Shown piece after piece: positions 46,031-59,234 of a stretch of DNA of 64,000 nt; positions within the stretch are counted from its first letter, which is position 1, and every line of letters starts with the position of its first letter. The notes under the pieces are model-generated. The model saw only the letters and a list, made by a program, of their open reading frames with translations. It ran no database searches and had not been told where the DNA came from. The position numbers were made by a program, and so were the translations under genes. Source of the stretch: Tubiluchus corallicola (Eukaryota > Animalia > Priapulida); the NCBI GenBank assembly GCA_030141605.1, contig JAQGDQ010000880.1, positions 1 through 64,000 on the forward strand, written 5' to 3'.

Positions 46031-46764
46031 GGCGCTATTACACTTTCGCACCGCCTAGCTTTTCCTGGCCTATTGGTTCTTTTCACGCCTGCAGGCCTGA
46101 AAGCAGACCAACAGGCGTAATATACACCATATTCCCATAATATTATTGCTTTTTACGCTTTATAATTCCAGATTAAAATCATACATTATTTACCGCCGGC
46201 ATTACGCAAAAAGCTCCACGTGCATAACTGTGTTTACACCACTAATGCGCAATCGCTCTCGCGCAGTGACGATGTGGCCCTTAACATGTATTTTTAGTTT
46301 CTTCGCATAATTTATGATTATTAGGGTTGCAGCCACGGGAGTTTTATCGTATCGCGGGAAATTATTTTAGACCACTGTAGTTATTTATCTTTAATTTTAT
46401 TTATTACTGTAGTATTATTACTATTAGATTATAAAAAAAGTAAAGGTTTTTTCTTTATTTCGTAAATGCGGTGAAGATGAAAGTGTGTCACGTGATTTTA
46501 AGTTAGGCCCTGATAATGCATAAACTAGTACGAAATTCCTCACGTGACTACACACACAAACAAGATGGCGGTACGCCCTGTATAGGTGTAGAACTGTGAA
46601 TACAGCGTAATTATTGGTAATTATACCTAAATATATGATTAAATTATAATTAGATTAGCGGAAACATTCACTGATGACGTAAGAATAATAGAATGATGAC
46701 GTACGAGCCTAAAAACGAGTAATAACCTAGAAAAAGCTAGGCGGTGCGAAAGCGTAATAGCGCC
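46031..46764. repeat. 38-bp inverted repeat pair (46031-46068 / 46727-46764), probably part of an older interspersed element
   Basis: GGCGCTATTACACTTTCGCACCGCCTAGCTTTTCCTGG versus CTAGAAAAAGCTAGGCGGTGCGAAAGCGTAATAGCGCC. Confidence 0.6.
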
Positions 46765-46865
46765 AATTGTGGCCCTAGCTTAAAACTGTAGGAGGAGATC
46801 CAACCTAACGAAAAACAAGATGTCCTGTCCATTCCGTGACCTTTGACCCGAGAGTGACGGGTTAT

Positions 46866-47755
46866 CATACCTGTCAACCTATACGGTTTGGCCGTATTGC
46901 TGTACGGGAAAAATGCATTTTTGGCCCAATACGGCTTACAAGAAAATCCATACGGCGAAAAGAAAAATATACGGCAAAATCAAAATGTTGCTCAGCGAAA
47001 ATAATCGCATCGAATATTCCCTTTTCGATCGGTACTTTCATGCAGACGATCTTACTTCCGTTCAAACGTTGTCATTGCGCACACTCAGCTAATAATTTTT
47101 AACATCTGGTTAACCACTTCCGCTATTTCATTTGTGAAAAAAAAACATGGCAAGCGAACGTGTTCCTCTGGCGAAAAAGCAAAAAACTGGAACTGGACGT
47201 CATTTAAAAGAATGGGAGAGCCCAAAGTTTTGTGGTGGAGCATACGCTGGATGGGTGAAAGCCTCGTCAGAAGGCTCCGACTACTCGTTTTGTGTTCCAT
47301 GTAGGAAAAATGTGAAAGTGCGAGCGCCCGGGTTTTACGACCTGAAGAGCCATTTCTCAACACGTGGACACAAGGATTCAGTGACTGTATAACAGGATAT
47401 AAGGAAGAATGTGAGATTAACTTGAACCCTCTCTCGTTTTTATGTGTTTTGTCTTTTTTTTTAATATATATGTATATATAAAGTTAAGTGTTTGTTACAA
47501 AATTTCATCTGATATGCATACATAAATATCACACCATAACTAAATAGTTTTTTTTTCATGAAAACAAGACAATAAAATCATGTTCCAATGATTTTTTGTT
47601 GTTGTGTGGACTGATATGCGATCTCGTGACTGGTCTGTTTCTGTTGGCTCCCAGCGAATTAACATATTTTCAGATTCGGTAAGGTCCCGTGCTGCCTTAT
47701 AAGGTTTAGCAAGACCCTATATAAGGGCAACGCTAATAACAGGTTGGCAGGTATG
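46866..47755 (+). mobile_element. Internally deleted hAT-like transposon with a 6-bp TSD
   Basis: TIRs CATACCTGTCAACCT / AGGTTGGCAGGTATG, GGTTAT duplicated on both sides, subterminal ATACGG repeats, and an internal zinc-finger ORF. Confidence 0.8.
47147..47392 (+). CDS. Truncated transposase N-terminus: BED/TTF-like zinc finger (81 aa)
   Basis: AAAC-ATG-G start. The pattern W...W...FCVPC...G..DLKSHFSTRGH is the CX2C...HX5H finger of hAT transposases. There is no catalytic domain and expression is unknown. Confidence 0.5.
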   Translation: MASERVPLAKKQKTGTGRHLKEWESPKFCGGAYAGWVKASSEGSDYSFCVPCRKNVKVRAPGFYDLKSHFSTRGHKDSVTV

Positions 47756-47990
47756 GGTTATGTGCAAACATAAGCCCAGTGCGTGTGCGAGCTATTAAAA
47801 GAACAAAACGGCAGAATAACAATAGTAATAACCGCGGGTAAAACAAGAACAGCAGAATCCTAATGATGCTGATTCAGTTGTTACGTTTATTACGCTAAGG
47901 TATCTGTGACCAAACATCAAAGTTGCGAAATTTTGCTTTCTGTTTTCCTCAAAAGGTGGCAGACACTGCTATTTTGTCCTGCAACTTTTG

Positions 47991-48180
47991 TTTCGCGCCA
48001 TAAATCGCGAAGTTGCTTGAACTTCTTCATTGAAAACAATTTTTCTGTTATTTACTTGTATGAAAATATTAAATGTATTGTTACTTTTAAGGTATTGTTG
48101 CCGCTGAAGTAAACAAGTCGTTTGAAATGAGATAATTTAATATTCAGTTTTCGAATTGGTTCCCATTCATGTGTTTTGGC
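47991..48180 (+). promoter_or_regulatory. Cell-cycle-type promoter motifs of ASF1
   Basis: E2F consensus TTTCGCGCCA at 47991-48000, CHR-like TTTGAA at 48121-48126, reverse CCAAT near 48155, and TTTTGGCG near 48174. These are motif matches only. Confidence 0.45.
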
Positions 48181-48247
48181 GAGTCTACAATACGCGGTTT
48201 TTCATCGTTGTGAATTTGTGTCACGACTCGAGAATCGTATTGTGATT

Positions 48248-51200
48248 ATGGCAAAGGTTCAAGTGACAAACGTAGTTGTTCTTGACAACCCGTCGCCTTT
48301 CTTTAATCCATTTCAGTTTGAAATTACTTTTGAATGCATAGAAAATCTTCAAGAAGGTAAAATTGAAATGTCAACATTCTTTTATATATTAACAAGTCAG
48401 AAAAGATAACTTTGCATAAGAACAATATCAAGTACGATTATGATTACATTAAGTCTTAAAGTACTGAATAATTTACTCGTGTGTGTGAGAAGATAACAGG
48501 TGTATTAAGAAAATAAAAATATTGAATACAGTAACAGTAAATTCCATATTTATACAAGTGAAGCTGCCTTGAAAACACTACACTAGCAAGTGTTTTATAT
48601 AGTATGTGCAAGATAACTTTAAATTTGAAGTAGATGTTTGAGAACATACTTTGCATCAGAAGTGGAGAAGTATTTGATTTTATAGTGATTGTTTACCTCA
48701 GCAATAAGAATAATATGTTTTCTTTTGTTATATTTGCCTGCGTGTGTGTTTTGAATGTGTGCATTTTTGTACCTTTACCCTGTTGTTCAGTGAACAGTAT
48801 GCGAGTTTTCCTTAGTTAAATGATGCTACAGAATACAAAAAACAACTGAGACTGCATATCTATGACACAAAAATTCAAGATTGTGTAGCTGATTATAAAT
48901 ATTCGGCACACTTGAAATCCCAATTCTACTTTTAATTTATTTTCTTAGTTATCACTTAATTGTCATTTTTTGTAGATTTGGAATGGAAAATTATTTATGT
49001 TGGTTCAGCAGAGAGTGAAGAACATGATCAAGTTTTAGATTCTGTTTTAGTTGGGCCAGTTCCTGAAGGAAAACACATGTTCGTTTTTCAGGTATGGTTT
49101 AGGTAGTAAGCTGGTAATCCCACGGCACTCTTTTATGTTGTCGTTCAATACTTTTGTTTGAAGAAGTGTACTAAATACTGCAGTCGAATCCCAGTAATAC
49201 GATTTTCAATTGACCAAATTATTTTTTAGTATTATTGTTTTGTTTAGATTTTTGTTTCCAACTTTATTATTTTTTTGTTTTCAGTTCTTTTTGGATAATT
49301 TGTATCATTTATACTGTTTTTATTATTATTTTTTCTTATTTGTTTTTGTTATCTGCAGCATCACCGTTAATTTTTAATATACTAATCTATTTATAAGAAA
49401 GGGCAGGAGACTAGATGACCCTATGGTCCTTCCCTGCCCTACCACATGATTATAATTACTTAATATTTAAAAAACTTTTGATGTTAAACTAATTGGAGAA
49501 AATAAATATTCTATGTCTATGTCTATTAGGCATGTTTTGTATTATTGAGTGTCACATTTTTGCTAATTCCTAATATGTTATTTCCAATGCAAAATAGCAG
49601 TCAAATGATGCCTCTAGCCTACATTGGTTTTCTTTTGATCAGTGGACATAATTCAAGCTTGTTTAACCCCCACAAGTACAAGCTACTAAATTATATCGTA
49701 TGTGCCACTTACAGAAATACATTCTCACTATACCATGGCTGCTAATGGTGACTGTTTTTTTTTATGAGAGATTCCAAATCAGGTGCGGATGTAATAGTGT
49801 TAAAGCAAAGGGAGTTGAATTATGGAACTCTCTACCAAGAAACATCACTACCGGCCCCATAAATACCTTCACTAAAAATTACAAAAAATCCTTGCTAGAC
49901 AGATATGTATCAATATTAGAGTAATTGCATTTTTTTACATTACAACTCATTAAAATGATTCAGTTAAAAAATTGTGAATCTAATATTCTGTGCAATTTCG
50001 TTTAATATGGGAAATCTGCATAAACTACGACATTGTGATTAATTTCATCGTCATTTTGTTTTACCACTGTTTTGTTTATAAAAATTGGTTTTAAAAAAAA
50101 TTTGCTAATGCATATTTTTTGTGTATGGACTATACCTAATTAGCGATTACTTGTATACAGTGACCCAAATTAACAGCTCTGCTTTGCTTTTACATTTCTT
50201 TTTTAGTTATTTAATGATATACACATTATTTTAGTTGCCGAAAACTTTGTAAACAACTGTACATTATTATCATTTTATTTATTTCGTAACTATTTATTGT
50301 GAAAATTGTGATACTTATTCATCATCTGCATTTATTATTATTCTTTTTTCCACTTATGCCATCATTGTTATACAACAATTCACATTTTAACCTTTTTCAC
50401 ATTATCACGAATGGCTGGAATGTTTATTATTGTTATGTTTTTTCTATATTTTTGTCTTTTGTTATTGCTTTAGTTTGATCATTTTATTTAAGTAAATTAA
50501 CAATAATTGCATCCAGTGTCATCAATTTTTTTTCTGCTATTACAATATTAAATCATAAGGGGTGAGTGACTAGATGACCCATGGTCTTTCCTCATCCCAT
50601 CTCCATGGATATAGTAAAGTTTTTTTTTGTAAATTGGAAATTTGTGAAACATTACTGAAGAAAATAAATGTATGTATCTATATCGACTCGCTGCTCGTCT
50701 GTCTAGTCTGCAAACAAGAGAGTTTGCCGTGCCAGAAAGTGCAGTATGTTGCTTTTTGCTATCTTCATATTATAATCAAATACTTATAAACCAGGCCTCA
50801 TTGTTTACAGGTAGAAGGACAGACAGTAACAAATATAGGTAATTTACACGATAATGGCGAATTTTAATCATAGTGTGAAGCCAGATGCTTTTTGACTGCG
50901 CAGATGTGGCATTTAACCTATGTAGCTGATTGATTAAATCAACAGTAGGTACTGTACGCACTTGCATTGCACTATCATGCATAATTTTATGTAAAAACAA
51001 TCACTGTGGCAACTCTGGAGGGTCCGGCCACAGCAGAAATCGTACTACACTGTTTTTTTTTACTTATATGTACAAACGAGGATTCCTAGTAATGAGTTTC
51101 GTAGTAACCATACGTGATTCATAGGTTTTATTAGAAGCTTGGCAGGAACATAATAAAATCGTTGTATTATTGAGAGTTTTGTTATAAGCCGAATCGTATT

Positions 51201-53120
51201 ACCATGATTCGACTGTATTTCAGTTCAATTTACACTTTTGATTCTTGATTCAGACTTAGGTCCACATTTAAATACGCAGGAACTATATAAAATGTACATA
51301 AGACATAATGTTCATACACTAGTTTACGAAGTGCACAAGGTATTGAAGGTATCGTGGAAAACAAGCAGAGACAGGCCTTGATTGTTAGAAACTGTAGCTT
51401 AAATTTGTGTTGCAAGGATAAAATTTAGTTTATGTTCATGTCAAGACTTAATATTAGAAGTAGTAACCCCATAAATAAATCTTTCTATTTGAAATTGGTT
51501 CACCCACGCTAGTGCCGTAGATGAATAATTGATTTAATATTAAATAGTTTAATTTGCTTAAATACTTTTCTACCTTTTTTCACCATGTAATCTTGATGTC
51601 GTGATTTTTCTTACTAGGCTGACCCACCAAATCCCCAACTCATTCCAGTAGCTGACGCAGTTGGTGTGACTGTAGTTTTGATAACTTGTTCATATAAAAA
51701 CCAGGAATTTGTACGAGTGGGTTACTATGTCAACAACGAGTATGCTGACCAAGAGATGCGAGAGAATCCTCCCGCCGTTCCAGCGTTTGATAAGGTATTT
51801 ATAAATATGTCATGCACAATATGATTTAGCTGATCATCGGGGGGGGGGTGTCACTACCATGGTTGGCCCAGAAAATTTTTGAACTGCTAGAACGCCGGAA
51901 AAGCATTTTCGAAGAGAAAATATGGAGTTATACAGTTGTTAAAGGAAAGAACAATTGAAAGAAAAACTGCTTTATTCTCAAGACCAGTCCTTAATACTTG
52001 TCAATACTGGCAAACGGCACGCGTGCGGCAAGAGAGTGGGAGAGAGGAGGCAGTATGTTCGCATAAACTCCACAAAGCAAAAAATGTTACCTTGGCGCGA
52101 GGACCCCCTGGAGGGTGAGGCCCCGGGGAAGTATCCCCACTTCCCCCCCTAGAAATAGGCCCTGGGTTTGAGTCATTCAGAAAAATGTAAAAGTGACATA
52201 TAATGAAACAAAGATGAGTTAGATAAGCGCTCCACCATAACTTAAGCTTTCATGCTTCTCATCTTCACAACTATTTTTCCTCGTTTAAAACTTTGCATTC
52301 CAGCTGCGAATGAGTGAGACTTGACAGGGAAAACTTGTCACTTTGTTATTCTACATGAGCATCTTTTCTCTGCCGTGGAAACAAAGCTCGTGGAAACTTG
52401 TTCATGCAGTTTTTGAACAAGCAAAACTTAATGTGTCAGTTTTTCCATTGCCCTGTATTTTCTCCTTTTTAATCAAGAACTAGCGAACTTTTCATTAGTT
52501 TATTTTTATTTGATTTTAAGCACAAGCAGCAATTTTTAAAATCATTAGATTTTTTGTTTTTCCCTCTGCCTGTATTTTGACATCTGCTTACCCTAGTTTA
52601 ATTTCTTTCAATATTCAAAAACTTTTTCATGATTAAAAATCCACACCTTTTTTTACTGGGTAAATCATAGTTTTTGTCATGTAATTTTTTTCAATTTTTC
52701 GTTCCTCGTGTATATTGATTTACATGTCAATATTGATTATCCATTATTGATTTATATTGGAGATAATCAGAAATGACTCAACTGACTATGACTGATATTC
52801 GTATTAAAAAAATGGATTTCTATTTTGGCATTAGTATCTATGAATATAAGACGTGTCTTTTCTATAACACCTTAATTATAAAGTTGTTTTTGTTTTTTGA
52901 ACAGTTAGCGAGGAATATCTTAGCATCGGATCCTCGTGTAACCCGATTTAAAATTGACTGGGGAGATGTGAATGAAAATGAGGAAAACATCCAACCAATG
53001 ATTTCGACTGACACATCATCAAATCAAATGCCTATGGAGACATCCAATCAAGATTCAGATGGCTTAAGTGCAGCAAAATCCTTGCAACCACAGGCACTTG
53101 GTATAGGACAAGTCTTGTGA
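48248..53120 (+). CDS. ASF1: Histone H3-H4 chaperone ASF1, 205 aa; exons 48248-48356, 48976-49091, 51618-51794, 52905-53120
   Basis: [32 protein letters not shown]...[30 protein letters not shown]...[12 protein letters not shown]...[13 protein letters not shown]...[19 protein letters not shown]. Introns are GT-AG and in phase. Confidence 0.97.
49181..51215. mobile_element. pogo/Tigger-like element interrupted by LINE 3' ends
   Basis: TIRs CAGTCGAATCCCAGTAATACGA / TCGTATTACCATGATTCGACTG-TA. Confidence 0.6.
49690..50682 (+). mobile_element. L2/CR1-group LINE 3' end; a second tail of the same family lies at ~49220-49525
   Basis: ORF end [17 protein letters not shown]...[15 protein letters not shown]. 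Both tails share GACTAGATGACCC(T)ATGGTC...GAAAATAAAT followed by a short tandem tail. Confidence 0.6.
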
Positions 53121-55823
53121 TGAGTAGCAAAATATGTAAATATTAAAACTGTAATTATGCCGTTTTTGTTTCACTTCATGTTTGTGGTTTGATATGTGAG
53201 TATTAATCTTGAGACTTCGACTTAAAATTGTAAAATTGTAAATAATACAAATTTTGGAAGGAACTTTGAGTAGTGTATTAGTGTTAATAGGTAGATTTGC
53301 GTGTGTGTGCCAGATCACCGATACTGAGTTAAAAACTAGGGATTCACCGGATCCGGTTCTGGATATACAAGTTAACGTAAATGATATTTCATTTGTTTTA
53401 GACTTTTGGTCATGTGGTGGCATCATCTGTCCATTTTCAGGATCACTGCTTAATTTTAAGTGGAAACACTCCTAACTTTGGTGTACTATAACTTTAAACG
53501 GTTGATCCACCCTTGGTTTGAAGTAAAAACTGCCGAACTACGCGTTTACCGGAAGTAGACGGCTCTAAACTTTTTTAGGGGATTTTTTGCGGCAATAAGG
53601 CGTTCCTTGCATGCTCCTTTTCTGCATGGAACCACAACGTGAAGATTACTGGTATTGCTTGCGCTGCAAGTGTCACAGCATAAAAACTATGTGATACTTT
53701 CGTAAATTTCTGAAAATTTTAATACAAAATCATCTCGTTCTTTAAAAAATTACGACAATACATGTAATTAAATTGTATGTAATTTTTCTCTTATCTGCTT
53801 GTAATTTCACAATCGGTGGGCAGTTGTTAGTTCTACACATAGAAAAATAGAAAGGACAAACAGTGCAAATCCAACGAAATTTTTTGCCGGAACCACATCC
53901 ACTAAATTTACTAGATCTCGGGATCCGTTACATCACTATTCAAAACAATATTTATATGCATTTTAAAATATACTCTGTTTTCTATTTTGTCTGTAAACTG
54001 AACTACCAGCCTACTAGTAGTGATAAACCTATAAGATAAGTAATAGGATGCCTGCATGTATGAGTGATAATACACTACAAGAAATTCAATTGAATCTTGG
54101 CTTTTGAGTTCATTATTAAACACTTTTGAACAAACTGCGAAGCATAATAAAAATAATAATGTGAGCAACAAGCTTAATATAGCTTTAACATTGGTAAGAA
54201 AATTTAAAACTGATGCTTTATAGAGAATTACATTTATAATTGATAATGCTGCTTTTCATGGATAAAACAATTTTCCTGTGATGACAATTTCAATTTGAAT
54301 GATTTGCAAAAAGAAGCCATTTAATATTTTATAGAGTATTAAATTAATAATTGCAAATACTTTTTCAAAATAATTTTTCCTGTGATGACCTTGTGTGCAT
54401 ATTGATATTCGTGTGCATGTTGTTGTGCAAAGCAAATAAAAAGTATGCACTGTATAAATTGTGTTTTTTTTGCTTTTATTGATAGACATGTCTTTTCTAA
54501 TGCTGTCTAAGACACCAATTTTAATTTAAGGACAAGAATTTTGTAAGACCGTGGGTTAAAATGTAGTTTAAATTTCTCCCATTTTGGTTTCCCAACAAGT
54601 TGTGGCTTTCTTTATTGAATTTTGTCGAAGTATCTAAAAATAACACTTAAAATATCTGAATCCAACTATGAACTATTTCCCTTGGTGTAAACCTCTCATG
54701 TACATTTTCTGTTATTACCATCTGTCAGCTCTTTAAAAAAAGCAGGTCCTGATCAAAACTTGATAAGAACCCGAGGCACACATCCACTTAAGAGCCCTAC
54801 AGATTGTCCTGGCTAGAGCCCGTGGCTTTACCTAATGGCATACACCAAAACGAGGTTCCTAACATCATAGCTGTGAAAAATAACTGGCAATGTTTTTGAT
54901 ATACCAATGCCATGTGAATGTCATTGCTGCTGGCACTGATGTCAGTTAATTTGCATGGTAAATCTGAGTTGTGTCATATTTGCTAGATGGAATAACATTT
55001 TCATGGTGACAATCTCATTATAGAGGCAGCCTAGTAGTTAAAAATTATAATAAAAATTTTGTGTTTTAAAGTAATATGCATTACTTTTATAAAATAATGG
55101 GAGCTCTGTAGCGCCTGGAACCTCATGATGAAGTGCCTCATTGTCAGTCAGGCACTGGTTAGATATCTGTATGTCGTACATTGCAGAAACAGCATATGGT
55201 ATTACAGGAAGTCAAGAAGAGTACTCCATGGTACTTTAAGTTGCTGTATAAACTGACGTGACACTAAAATTAGCTCTAATAGAGTAATCCTCTTGATCAT
55301 CAGATACATCTACTTAAATTTCATGCTCTTCCTAGAGTTATTATTATTTTAATTCCTAGACTTAGTAGATGTTGACTAAATGAATTTCATTTAAATGAAC
55401 CTGTAAACTTTTAATGGTAGCATAATTAGTGCAGGCAGTGCAGTCGATTATAATTACAGTGTGAAGGGCTTATAACTGTTCTTCAAGGATGAGAAATTGA
55501 AAATCTGCTTTAAGGCTGTATTTGGTCTGTCACACACGACATCGAAAGTGTGCCATCCCAGTAAATTATTTAATTTTCTTCATTATGCTAACGTGGAGTA
55601 AAAAATAAGCCATATGATTACATAGTGACTGTGTAGTAATTCTGTTAATCATGAGGTGCACCCTTATTGGAGGCTAAACAACTTGGAGGTTGATTGGTTA
55701 CTGTAGTACTCACTAAAAAGTAGGTAATGGTGACAAAACAAGTTCGCCCAATTCGATGAACAGAGCAGATTTTTTGTAAATATTTAAACACTGTTTATAG
55801 TCCATTACTAATTCATTGAACAA

Positions 55824-56198
55824 TAGGGGTGAGCATTCTCTACCAGAAAGCGAATTCGAATCGAACCGAACTTCAGTGTTTCGAATTTGAACCGAATTGA
55901 GATTGAAAGATTTTCGAACCACCAGTAAAAATTAGTCTTACAAAGATCATGCATATCACTAGATTTTGTTCTGCAATAAAACGACTAGTAATTTGCTTAA
56001 AATTGTGCGCAGAAATCACGCTAAATGCATGATGTTTCAATCGTTTTAGTGATGAAGAACATATGTGATTGAAGTGCTGAATTATTCGAATCTATAGTTT
56101 TGGATTCGAATCGAGTTCGAACTACAAAAACTCGTTCGAATCGAATTCGTTAAATATTCGTTAACATATTTAACTCGAACGTTCGATGCTCACCCCTA
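55824..56198. mobile_element. hAT MITE
   Basis: TIRs TAGGGGTGAGCAT / ATGCTCACCCCTA, a perfect 8-bp TSD TTGAACAA, and many subterminal TTCGAA motifs. Confidence 0.88.
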
Positions 56199-57896
56199 TT
56201 GAACAATGGACATTACTCGCCTGGGTATCAATTTCTGAACAGCGTGAAGTCTCTGCAAAAAGCAGAATAAGCAACACTGTGCTGATTAACATTTTCGAAG
56301 ATCTCTCGTGTTGCTTCGTTTAGGCGAAATAAAAAAATTAAAATTCGCCTGCTTTTGCTTGTTGATGAGGGGGGTTACAAGATTGGAATGCTTCATGACA
56401 AGCTTCTACCATTTCTAGTGATAATCTGTGATAGCATTATTTATAGTTATGTCCATGATGCATATAAATGGTTACCTGTACGGTTGTATCAATAAATTGC
56501 GCCTTTTGTGAAACTCTGTGGACTGTTTAATATTACCTGTAGCGAAGTTTTAATTAGGTCTATGGGTGCTATAAATTCTGTGTGAGTTACACTAAATGCA
56601 ATGTGAGGGAGCACTGTAAGGCAGAACATAAGAGGTCAAGGTCTGGGTGTCAGCATATCGATGTACTTTGTCCATTGTAGAAATTATTTGGAGGCCCATA
56701 AGTTAAGGACAACAGAACTGAGATTTCAATATAGAACATGATATTCTAAATTAAATTAAACCGCAAATCTTCCCATTTCGGTGAGTTGTACTTTTGCCTT
56801 TGATGTTTCTTAGCAGTTTCAAAACATATTATTAATTTTTACTTTTTTAAATCAGTCTCACTCTCAGAAACATGCAGTGAATAGTTTTAGCATTAATTGT
56901 AAACAGAGTTATCTAAGAATGAATGTTTTTTTAAATAAATAGTTATGAAGAACCTGTGTTTCTTTCCATAGTTCTTTAACATGGCCCGGAAACGTTTAGT
57001 CGAAAAAGCCTTCTGCCTGTTTAATTTACATATTAATTTACATTAATTTACATAAATCTGTCACTTGATTAATTTTAATATAATTGCGTTTTTTAAAACT
57101 GTCGTCTGACTAGCACCCTCGGGGTTTTAGGGGGTGTGAGACCCAGGTCAATAAATCTGCCAAAGAACATGTAACGTTAGTTAGTATATTAGATTTTTTT
57201 GGCAGTCGATTTTTGTCTTAATCTTCATTAACATCAGCGTCACTGCCGTGTAAAAGGGACCCCTTGAATTTTTCAAATGCCTGAGCAGAACAAACTTGTG
57301 GGGGTGACTGGATTGTTAATTTTCATTATCAGTAACCTAAATATTTTATGCTTCAGACTGTCAGACAATTTGCAGAAGTTGAATAGAGATGATCAATTAT
57401 GCAATACTAACCACAAAGTGATAAATTGATAATTAAGCTGGTAGTGTGAGAGATAGAAACCTCTTCATTATGCAGATAGTTATGAACTAGTGCATCAGGT
57501 ACAGTATTCGAGCATACCAGGCAGCAGTGCTGAGTGACAGGTATGTTTAATATGTTGGCCAAGTATTTGAGTGATGTTATGTATAGTCAAAGCGTGTATT
57601 TTCGCAGCAGAAAAGATAACATTTAGGTGCATTGATCTTTTAATTTTTGCACTCACAGTTCACATAAATTATGCAGGCCTTTGTGAATAAATAATGACTT
57701 GCTATAGAATTTGAGCTGTAAGGTCTGCCTTTTCAGCACTAATCAGTGTTATAGTTAGTTGTGGGTCTGCTTTGTTTTCTAGTGCCATGGGCAAATCTAT
57801 GTGAAACCAAGTGAGTGCACGTGCTACATAATGATACACGTTCTATGACTAATGACTGCTTTAGTTTCGAGCATCTGTTAAGCCAATACTGTCGTC

Positions 57897-59234
57897 ATGT
57901 CAAAACGTCAGCCAGCAGGAAATAACCCTGCTAGTAAGATGGTTCAGAAAAGACAGCCAGGTGGTGATAATGGCGTAATCAGATTCAGATGTTACCTGCA
58001 GAACACTACGATGGACGTGATGAGAGCACGTGGATGGCAAGAAGTAAAAGAAGAGTCGGGAGAGTGGGACATAAACTGGTGCGATGTTGGATGGATGAAG
58101 GAATTGTTTGACCGTTCGTACATGGACGAATATGCAAGAATATCGCACTTTCGCAATCACTATGAACTAACAAGAAAAAACTTGATGATAAAAAATCTGA
58201 AGCGTTTGAAAAAACAAATAGAAAAGGATAGTGGAAAAAGCGAGGCAAGTGCATGCGATTTTTTTCCAGTTTCGTATGAACTGCCATCTGAATATCACAT
58301 ATTCGTGGAAGAATTCAAAAGAAATCCTGGTTTAACTTGGATTATGAAGCCCGCTGGCAGCGCTCAAGGGAAAGGTATATTTTTGTTTAAAAAACTGAAA
58401 GATATTACAGACTGGAAGAAGGGTGAGTACCAACCTCCGCAACATGATAAGGAAAAGGAAAAAGAAGGACCGAAAACGTATATCGTACAACGCTATTTAG
58501 AAAATCCTTATCTAATTGGTGGAAGAAAATCTGACATCCGTCTGTATGTCCTCGTGATTTCCTATGCTCCACTTAAGGCTTGGGTGTACCGGGAAGGTTT
58601 TGCAAGGTTTTCAAACTCTCGGTATTCCATGGAGTCCATTGACGACACGTACGTGCACCTCACGAATGTTGCCGTGCAGAAAACGGCTCCAGATTACGAC
58701 CCAGAGAAGGGATGCAAGTGGTCAATGAGGCAGCTGCGGCAGTACTTGACCGCTAGACATGGGATGGATATGGTAGAAGTTTTGATGAATAAAATTAACA
58801 ACATAATTATTCTTAGTCTGCAAAGTGTCCAGAAGATTATGATCAATGACAAGCATTGTTTTGAACTGTATGGTTATGACATCCTTCTAGACAACAACCT
58901 TAAGCCTTGGCTTATTGAAGTCAATGCTTCTCCATCGCTAACAGCCAGCAGCCAAGAAGACTATAATCTAAAGTTTGCACTAATCGATGATGTGATGAAC
59001 GTTTTGGACATGGAGCGACGACTGACAGGAAATGAAAAGAGAATCGGAGGTTTTGATTTACTGTGGTATGATGGTCCAGTGTATGCAAATGAGGGAACTG
59101 GATTAGAATGTTCCATTGTGAATAATAACAGCAACAGACTTAATAGCTACATAGGATGTGTGAATGACAGAAAGAAACAACTTAACAGTTTGTATCGTTA
59201 TTCTACAAACAAGAACGAAACTAGAGAACCATAA
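57897..59234 (+). CDS. TTLL9: Tubulin polyglutamylase TTLL9, copy 1 (445 aa, intronless CDS)
   Basis: TTL ATP-grasp motifs (WIMKP...[41 protein letters not shown]...[12 protein letters not shown]) plus TTLL9-specific stretches ([29 protein letters not shown]). Confidence 0.93.
   Translation: MSKRQPAGNNPASKMVQKRQPGGDNGVIRFRCYLQNTTMDVMRARGWQEVKEESGEWDINWCDVGWMKELFDRSYMDEYARISHFRNHYELTRKNLMIKNLKRLKKQIEKDSGKSEASACDFFPVSYELPSEYHIFVEEFKRNPGLTWIMKPAGSAQGKGIFLFKKLKDITDWKKGEYQPPQHDKEKEKEGPKTYIVQRYLENPYLIGGRKSDIRLYVLVISYAPLKAWVYREGFARFSNSRYSMESIDDTYVHLTNVAVQKTAPDYDPEKGCKWSMRQLRQYLTARHGMDMVEVLMNKINNIIILSLQSVQKIMINDKHCFELYGYDILLDNNLKPWLIEVNASPSLTASSQEDYNLKFALIDDVMNVLDMERRLTGNEKRIGGFDLLWYDGPVYANEGTGLECSIVNNNSNRLNSYIGCVNDRKKQLNSLYRYSTNKNETREP

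Noticed and set aside
53520-53600. ACCGGAAGT ETS motif and CpG patch as the TTLL9 promoter
   Set aside because: It is plausible but rests on a single short motif 4.3 kb upstream with no traceable exon chain, so it cannot be supported without transcript data.
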